Shown here: one piece after another, positions 56,801 to 64,000 of the stretch
Layout: the number at the start of each line of letters is the position of its first letter
Position numbering within the stretch: the first letter of the stretch is position 1
NCBI GenBank assembly: GCA_030141605.1
Contig: JAQGDQ010000432.1
Location: 128,553-192,552 of the forward strand
DNA length: 64,000 nucleotides
Reading direction: 5' to 3'
Origin: Tubiluchus corallicola
Taxonomy: Eukaryota; Animalia; Priapulida
Position numbers and translations under genes: made by a program
The notes under the pieces: generated by a model
The model's database searches: none
Seen by the model: the letters and a program-made list of their open reading frames with translations, nothing else
Told to the model about the DNA's origin: nothing

Positions 56801-59800
56801 TTCTGTCTGTCGGCAAGTTCAGACTAGCGAGTTTTCTCGCCAAGTAAACTCTCAAGCATATTAAAAACTTGCTGCGAGTAGAAAACTCCCAAGTCTGAAC
56901 GTGCAGTGAGTATACCTTGTCATATAAATGATTAACTTACCTGTTTGCTCATCTCCTGTACGATGTGAAAATTAAATTGTTTTTCCAATTACACTTTTGT
57001 GAAATGAACTAAAATTTCTGGAAAGTGTTTCAAATAGACTCCTTACTTGGAAAAATACACTAAATAACTATTTTTGATTTTTTTAAATTAATAATCCAGA
57101 CTAAATAATTTCATTACTTGAAAAATACAGTCAACCTCAGATATCAGGGACACCTCCGGACTGGAAAAAATCGTCCCTTATATCCGATGTCCCTTACAGC
57201 CGAAGTTGAGTCAGATGGGGTGTATATTTTCATCACGATTTCACAAGTTTTGATGCTCATTTCTTTCGTCCATCATGACCATCCACCGGCATTACCTTTG
57301 CCACCAACTAGTTACCCACATCATTACAGCCACAAGCCCCGACCGTAGTCCAAGGGAATACAGTCGGGCCCGCGCTTTTAGGATGTAAAAAATATTTGAT
57401 CATAGGATCCCTTACATGCGAGGTAATTTACCTGGGTTTCTATTACGCGGGGGACCTTAAGATATCTCCCTTATAAATGAAAGTCCCTTATATCCGAGTC
57501 CCTTATATACGAAGATTTTTATAAGGAAAAATGTTACGAAACATTGGGACCGGTGTTGGTGGTTCCTTGTAAGCGAATGTCTCTTATAAGCGAGTACTTT
57601 ATACCCGAGGTTGACTGTATACTAATTCATCACTTTTTCCCTTTTTTCTAATGAATAATCTCAAAGGCATGGTTTAGCTTTTTATTGCTCAAGCCTGCTG
57701 AAGTAAATCGGCTAATAATAAACCAATGATGTGTAAGACTCTGGGAAAATAACTATTTTGTGTCAACATTCCGTGTTGTTTTAGGCCAATGCAAATGGGT
57801 TGCTATGGTTTAGGAATGAGCAGACTGCTTGCCGGTGTTGTTGAAGTTCTGTCGACGGAAACGGAAATCCGATGGCCGCCATTGATAGCACCATATTCCA
57901 TATGCATTATTCCTCCAAAAGTTAGTGGCTTTGTTGCACCAGTCATACTTTAATATTCATAAATGTTCTAGATTTTATTGTTAAAAACAGCACAACTTTA
58001 TTAAGACTTTTACATTAAAAAGTTTAAATCGTGTCAAACGTTTCGACTAGCTGCTGCTGTCATCATCAGTGGTAAATTTACGAACATACAACCAGTTTAT
58101 ATAGGCGGAGCCTGTTATGCACTAATTAAGTAGTTAACAGAAGCCATATAGGTGATGAATAAACAGACTGGTAAAGAAATTGATATAGTAACAAATAGTT
58201 AAGCATTTGTAAATAAAGTTAAACGAATAGAATTGCTTTGTACATTAAGAGAAAGCTTCTTATGTACATAGATAAATTTTCTTTTATTAATAAGTCAGTA
58301 TCAGTTTCTTTTCTTCAGGTCTGCTTCATCATTACCTATTTGGCTTTTGTTAAATACTTAATTAGTGCATAATAGGCTCTGCCTAAATAAACTTTGTTGC
58401 TATGAGGTTTGCCAATTTACCACTAATGATGATAGCAGCAGCTAGTCAAAACACTTGGCATGATTTTAACTTTTAACTTTTTAGTGTAAAAGTTTTAATA
58501 AAGTTGCGTTGTTTTTTAACTAGAAGTTGTAGTGTTTTAAACTATAAATATTTTTATGTGCTGTAATAAAAACTGGTTCTAGGTTTTCCTACGAATGACG
58601 AAAATCTTGTAGAGTTTGAGATGGCGAATCTTAATCCTGTAAGAATCAGGGTTGTTAAACCCAAAATTTATGATGAATAGAATTTGTACTTTTCATAATA
58701 GATGAGGGTTTGGATCCGATTCATGATTTTTAGCAAAGATGTCGTTACGTTAATTGTAAATTGGACCGTTTCTTCATTTCTAGAAAAATATAGATATTGC
58801 TGAATTGTGTAGCTGAAGTACCTGTTGTTTTACCTGCTAATAGTAGTATATGATTTAAACTTTTATTACGCTTTGAATTTTTACAGCCATTTAAATTTTA
58901 TTAACACAAATTTAAGTATTATATCATTTTATTAGCTACAAAGTATCCATTAACACCTTTAGTTGCATTAATACAATATTGATTCCAAACAAGTTTAATC
59001 CTGTTTTCATTCATTCTCATCAGGGGCGGAACTAGATGTGGCAAGCAGGGGGGGGGGCGCAAAAATTTTTTGGGAGGGCGAGGTATCCGAAGTGGTTAAA
59101 TAATGGTTAAGCCAATTTTTAACCCCTTTTATACTGCATGCAGGCCTATAATTAGCATGTGTGTAGGACGTTCTACCACAAATCACAAACCATATGATAT
59201 TCGACCCTCTGTAAAGCCCACGTTCTATAAAGGCACGTTGATATACATTTTGCCAAGTAGCCCGAATTACACAAATACAGTACTACAAAAAAAGTACTGC
59301 AAAAAAATTGTTTGTCCGATTTGGCAGGGGGGTGCAAATTTTGACAGGGGGCGCGCGCCCCCCTTCGCCCCCTCCTAGTTCCGCCCCTGATTCCCACAAT
59401 AAAAAAAACAAAAAATGAAGAAAAATATATTGCTTTGATGATTAGCTTACTTAGTTTTTTAGAAGCCTTTAGTTTAGTCGTGTTGAAATATTAGTCCAAG
59501 AGCCCGTGACAAAATAACCTCCTCATCAGGAAAGCGATTTTCGACCTTCGTATTTCATAGGTATGGGTATGGTATTCCACAAACGACTACTTCCTATGTC
59601 ATGGTAGTGGGGCTTTTAGGGTGTTTGCCCTAAAGCCCCGTTCCCATGACAAAAGAAGTAGTCATTTTTGGCATGCTGCACCCATATCTATGAGATACGG
59701 TGGTCAAAAATCGTGTTCCCGATGTAGTCATTTTTGGAATGCTGCACCCATATCTATGAGACACGGTGGTCAAAAATCATGTTCCCGATGAGGAAGTTAT

Positions 59801-61133
59801 TTCGTCACGGGCTCTTGGACTACATCTTTTGTAATGTTATTGCTAAATTATATAACAGTAACATCTGGCACAGTTTTTATACTGTATTGTTTTAGTTTCC
59901 TTTATGCCATATTTTACTTGTTTTTGTCCATGTATTGTTATATTTGTACATTTAGGCCGGAAGCCACGAGAAAGTTGCTGCAAAAATGGCCGCCCATTTA
60001 TTTCACACGTTGTCTCATGAATCAGTTTACCAAGATGACGTGTTACTGGATGATAGGAGTCACATGACTATCGGAAGGCGACTTCAGGAAGCCAGACGAT
60101 TGGGAATTCCTTTCATAATCATCACTGGCAAAAAGGTGATATATCTTTGCAGAATGCTTGAATGAAGTAATTGCAAAAAAAGTTTGAAAATTTTTTATGG
60201 CAAATGAGTAAAAAAACGTCCACATTTTGACCAATGGGATTCTTCCCATAAAAAGATGCACTAACCCCCCCCCCCCCTGCCCCCGAGATTCCACAGGGAA
60301 TATATCTAGACACTGTGGCAAAGAATGAAAGACACATGATAAAGTAACACTTAGCCAAGAGTGGACAGTAAGTGGAGAACCGATCGTAACAGATGTGAAA
60401 CCGTTAAAGTATTTACACAAAAAGAAATTTTGTAAAATCTCTAGCCATTTTCTGTCATTTAAAGTGGAAAAATAAAACAATTTCACGTAGACGTACATTT
60501 ATTCATAAAAATAGCGGTTATTTATAGGCCTATTAGACAAATAGTCTAAAACATAACTAAGAGATCAACCGTTCACCATTAGGATGGATGGCAAATTAGC
60601 TCTCATTGTACGTAAAAATTCATTTGTCCATCTGGAATTGCCAGTATTGTTCAGGTAGAAACTCTGGAAATGGCAAAAGAATTGACTAGAAAATATCCGT
60701 GTAATATCTCATTGCTTTAGGATTGCTACTTTTATTATTTGGAAATACTGTTTGGGGACACCAAAAAACTATGTGCCACTTTTTTGCAAGATACTTGGCA
60801 AATGTAAATGTACCATTTGTATGAAGTTGTGTAGATTGAATTTACATGTTATTATGTAAGAAAATGCATGAAAACTGGTTTTTCTCGGTTTGGACCAGTG
60901 TTCTCTTGCTGCATGTGAAATTTTGGACTTTTTTTTAAACAAAATCACTTAGGAAGCAACTGTAACTCACTGTTTCTAGTGCAAACTCAAGTACATGTAG
61001 ATTGAATCACAATTCTCAACTCTTTCAGGTGTTGGAAGCCATGCCACAAATTGAGGTTCATAGATTGGCAAGTGACAGCGTAGATTTTGTAACTCATAAA
61101 GAACTATTCGATCTTTTGGCTAACCGTTTATAA
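50866..61133 (+). CDS. PARS2: Proline--tRNA ligase, mitochondrial
   Basis: 13 GT-AG exons: 50866-51018, 52115-52292, 53106-53179, 53668-53748, 53877-53949, 54271-54378, 55206-55299, 55624-55658, 56281-56345, 56441-56520, 57785-57920, 59956-60135, 61029-61133 (about 453 aa). Motifs [66 protein letters not shown] and LLDDR, with an N-terminal presequence. Confidence 0.96.
51888..52046. repeat. Roughly 53-bp tandem repeat, 3 copies
   Basis: GGTATGGTGCGAGTGTGATAGTATAACTGAGTGCAATGTATAGTTCTGAGTGC. Confidence 0.9.
54500..54870. mobile_element. Fold-back element 1: inverted Penelope-like pLTR pair with hammerhead motif
   Basis: Arms of about 175 bp (54505-54680 and 54692-54863) are inverted around a roughly 12-nt spacer. 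The minus strand at 54672-54643 reads CTGATGA-T-GACAG-CAGTAAGC-CTGTC-GAAA. Confidence 0.75.
54640..54678 (-). ncRNA. Hammerhead ribozyme motif (type I, minimal)
   Basis: CUGAUGA, a perfect 5-bp stem II and GAAA. The sequence after GAAA is degenerate. Confidence 0.55.
56040..56138. mobile_element. Short internally deleted pogo/Tigger-like MITE
   Basis: TAGACTAACTTCGTTA...CGTTATCTCGCCA / TGGCGAGATAACGAGGTTAGACTG|TA. Same family as 1-427. Confidence 0.6.
57128..57617. mobile_element. pogo/Tigger-like MITE
   Basis: TA|CAGTCAACCTCAGATAT ... ATACCCGAGGTTGACTG|TA. Confidence 0.85.
57980..58522. mobile_element. Fold-back element 2: inverted Penelope-like pLTR pair with hammerhead motif
   Basis: Arms at about 57980-58185 and 58300-58522 are inverted and share their core with the 54.5-kb element. 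AATAAA lies downstream of the ribozyme motif in each arm. Confidence 0.75.
58031..58076 (-). ncRNA. Hammerhead ribozyme motif (type I, minimal, palindromic AAACGTTT)
   Basis: TTACCA-CTGATGA-T-GACAGC-AGCA-GCTAGTC-GAAA-CGTT-TGACAC. Confidence 0.65.
59021..59389. mobile_element. hAT-like MITE
   Basis: TIRs CAGGGGCGGAACTAG / CTAGTTCCGCCCCTG, with an imperfect 8-bp TSD ATTCTCAT / ATTCCCAC. Confidence 0.85.
59492..59822. mobile_element. Fold-back MITE with long TIRs
   Basis: TAGTCCAAGAGCCCGTGAC... / ...GTCACGGGCTCTTGGACTA. Nearly the whole element is palindromic, and the right arm has an internal duplication of about 66 bp. Confidence 0.85.
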
Positions 61134-62189
61134 CGTAAAATAAACCTAGGGGAAAATGCATCGATGCCGATGTTCACGAATAAACAGCAAGATGCGGCAG
61201 TTCTACGAGGAGGCAAAGTGAAGCGCCCTTTGTGTTAACAGTGACAGGCTAGGTGTGGTAGCATTGAAATGTGAAGTGTAAAAAGCAATGCAACTCAAAA
61301 ACTAACACACTTAACTGGCCTTAACATGTAGGTGGCAGCACCTATGTAAACTTACCTGTAATTTTACCTGTGAAGTTGTAAATTAGGTTGAGCCTCACTA
61401 AACACGCTCACAGAAGCCTCAGCAAATGTTAAATAATGTTTAGATAAATGTTCAAGTAATTATTTGTGGGCGTCTCTAGCTGATTTGCTATAAACCAGTA
61501 TGACGTTCCAAAGATGTATCAAGTTGTTATAGCCGCACAATGTGAGTAATGTTTACTTTTATTGTCTTAAATTATAATAATTAGATCATTATACATTTGT
61601 AAGCAGTGAAAGCAGTCAAATTTATTATTTTCATTTTTTTATATATACAGAAATAAAGATTTCTGAGAATACCATATGCTATGAAGGAAATTCTTTTGTG
61701 TTCCCGTCACACCACACACTCTGGGAAGTTAGGCTGCTCATCTTAATGTTTGCGAAAAATCTTAGGATTTAGTTTTAGTGTTTTGAGCAATCAGTAAAAT
61801 CACTTTAAAGTCACTATCACGTCACTTCTGGACTCTTTCATCTTGAATTCCATTTTTTCCACTAATGACGTAATTCGTTGAGTAAAAAAAGGCAATGCAC
61901 TATCAGTTTAAAACGGATAGCTAATTTTGTGATTACTTTGCATGAACATTAGGAAAGCTGTAAAAGTTCAGATTAGTTTAAGCAGTGTTCACTTACTAAG
62001 CAGTGTTCACTTACGGAAAGCTACGATGGACTTACAAAAAGTCACAAACTCCACCAGTTACATCATCATAATTTTCAAGTGAATAGCATATACCACCAAC
62101 GCTGAAAATTTCTATACAGTAGTAGTGTAAATTAACTATGCCTTATAGACAGTTTTTTTGTTTATATTTTTCTGTTTAAATGATAACAG

Positions 62190-62525
62190 TAAAATAATCC
62201 CAGCAAGCTAAATGACTTGTCCTTTCTTTTAAACTTATTTGTATAACAGAAAATACTCTGACAACGATTCCAGCATGCTAAATGACTTGTCCTTTCTCTA
62301 AAACTTATTTGGATAACAGAAAATGCTCTGGCAATGATTCCAGCATGCTAAATGACTTGTCCTTTCTTTTAAACTTATTTGTATAACAGAAAATACTCTG
62401 ACAGTGATTCCAGCATGCTAAATGACTTGTCCTTTCTTTTAAACTTATTTGTATAACAGAAAATACTCTGACAATGATTCCAGCATTGCTAAATGACGTC
62501 CTTATTTGGAGAACAGAAAATACTT
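62190..62525. repeat. 65-bp tandem repeat, about 5 copies
   Basis: GATTCCAGCATGCTAAATGACTTGTCCTTTCTTTTAAACTTATTTGTATAACAGAAAATACTCTGACA. Confidence 0.92.
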
Positions 62526-63060
62526 TCACATTGAGATACTAAGAAATTGTGTAGCAAGTCAAGTTTTGAACCAGAGATCTTGTGTAAAAAGTGTGCATGC
62601 TCTGTTTAGCTGAGCTCCTTAACCACGTAAGAAAATTCTAGCTGATGATTATTGCGCATGCTGAAGTGGCACTTAGTACCAGAAACAACAGATTGTTGCT
62701 TTGTGTGTAAATTAGCGACTTTTTTAGAGCTCATAGCACTTAGCGAATACATGTATCAATAGAAAACTATCATGTTATGTGATTATTTGATTTGTATTTT
62801 CAATCGCACACTTACAAGTGGTAATATATATAAATATTGTGATTACAAAAATGTCTGGCTGTACTTATATAAAACAAAGACAAACTTTTGCAATACAAAA
62901 TGGTACACACATTAAGCATACATTAAGAAACACACACAACTTTTAAAAATACAATTAAATAGCACGATATTGTGGTATAAATCACATAATTTACAATTCA
63001 TTCGACAAAGACTAGCAAATCTAGTACAAGAAACAAAGACCGCACTAGGGTGATATCAAA

Positions 63061-63207
63061 CACAGATTGAGCTAACTATGTAGATGTGTTATACACACAT
63101 TTATATTATAACTAATTACGATTTTGCTATAAAGCACAGATTGAGCTAACTATGTAGATGTGTTATACACACACATTTATATTATAACTAATTACGATTT
63201 TGCTATA
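63061..63207. repeat. Roughly 74-bp tandem duplication
   Basis: CACAGATTGAGCTAACTATGTAGATG...ATTTTGCTATA occurs twice. Confidence 0.9.
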
Positions 63208-63224
63208 GCGAAATCTTACTGCTT

Positions 63225-64000
63225 TTCTTTGACTTACTATTTATTTATTCTCCGCCACTTTAACGCTTAATAACTCGTAAGCCTTGCAAGCTAGGGTCTC
63301 CAAATTCAGGGGTTTGGTAGCCCTGGGCGGCGGACGTACAACAGTCTAGCAACCAGTGACCACTGGTCAACGGGGAAGGGCAGTGGGCATCGGTCAGTTT
63401 TTCATTTAGGTAGCACTCCTAGGGCACTGCGGGGTAGATGTGCACCTGGAGTTTTAAAAAGTTGACAAGTTTTAAATCAACGAGGGAGGGGTCAAAATGC
63501 ACAATTTGGGGTCCCCAATTGGTGACCTTTTACACGCTGAGAGCTAGGGACACAAAACTCAGGATATACTCTCTGGGTAAAGTTAGCTACATATACGTGT
63601 GACCAGAATTGCCGGGTCAAAGGTCATGGAGAGGGCGGGTGTTCATTTATTTTTCTTGATGATCCATCTGCTCCCGTAGTTTTTGAGCTATGGCCACAAT
63701 ATTTGGCATGTTGCTAGGTGGTGTCGTGGCCTTGCACATTGCAAAATATGGAATGTGTGTGCAGGGCAAAATTTTTCGCCAGGGGGCAAAAATCGAAAAA
63801 TGGGTGTTGGGAACAGAAGTGCAGTGAGTGTTGAGCAATGGTACCTTGTAGCATATCAAACTCGATGAGGCGGATCGAACGGCCCAGGTTACAATGAGAA
63901 TGGCTAATCTGCGAGCTCGCTAGGGGGAAAAAACCGAAAAATGGGGGTCGAGAACTGAAGTGCACCGAGTGTTGAGCAATGGTACCTTGTAGCACATCAA
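63225..64000. mobile_element. GC-richer repetitive element, possibly a non-autonomous Helitron/Helentron (continues beyond the window)
   Basis: Abrupt GC rise after TTATTTATTCTCCGCC, with internal subrepeats GAGTGTTGAGCAATGGTACCTTGTAGCA (63826, 63967) and AGCTAGGG..CAAA.TCAGG. The family assignment is a guess. Confidence 0.35.

Noticed and set aside
58230-58300. GIY-YIG C-terminal remnant (LRES...YIDKF..INK) in the fold-back spacer
   Set aside because: Suggestive of Penelope origin, but too short and frameshifted to support without a profile search.

Overview
AT-rich, intron-rich animal genomic DNA. The 5S-derived sequence and gene content point to an invertebrate bilaterian, possibly a lophotrochozoan, but this is inference. 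I reconstructed four spliced genes by hand from GT-AG sites and frame continuity. (1) The 5' end of a NipSnap-like gene (minus strand, probably continuing off the left edge). (2) ELP4 (minus, 10 exons, about 390 aa). (3) A Hunchback/Ikaros-like (HIL) C2H2 zinc-finger transcription factor with 6+2 fingers (plus, about 718 aa), with roughly 25 kb of repeat-rich 5' and intronic DNA. (4) Mitochondrial prolyl-tRNA synthetase PARS2 (plus, 13 exons, about 453 aa). The non-coding DNA holds a complete 5S-rRNA-headed SINE with an RTE-like body and tail, several MITEs, LINE 3' ends, an 81-bp satellite, and a 1-kb local templated insertion flanked by a 36-bp direct repeat. The most striking signal is two fold-back elements in PARS2 introns. 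Each is built from inverted Penelope-like repeats carrying hammerhead-ribozyme motifs, and in both the copy facing the pre-mRNA is disabled while the antisense copy keeps its core. Most ORFs in the supplied track are spurious.
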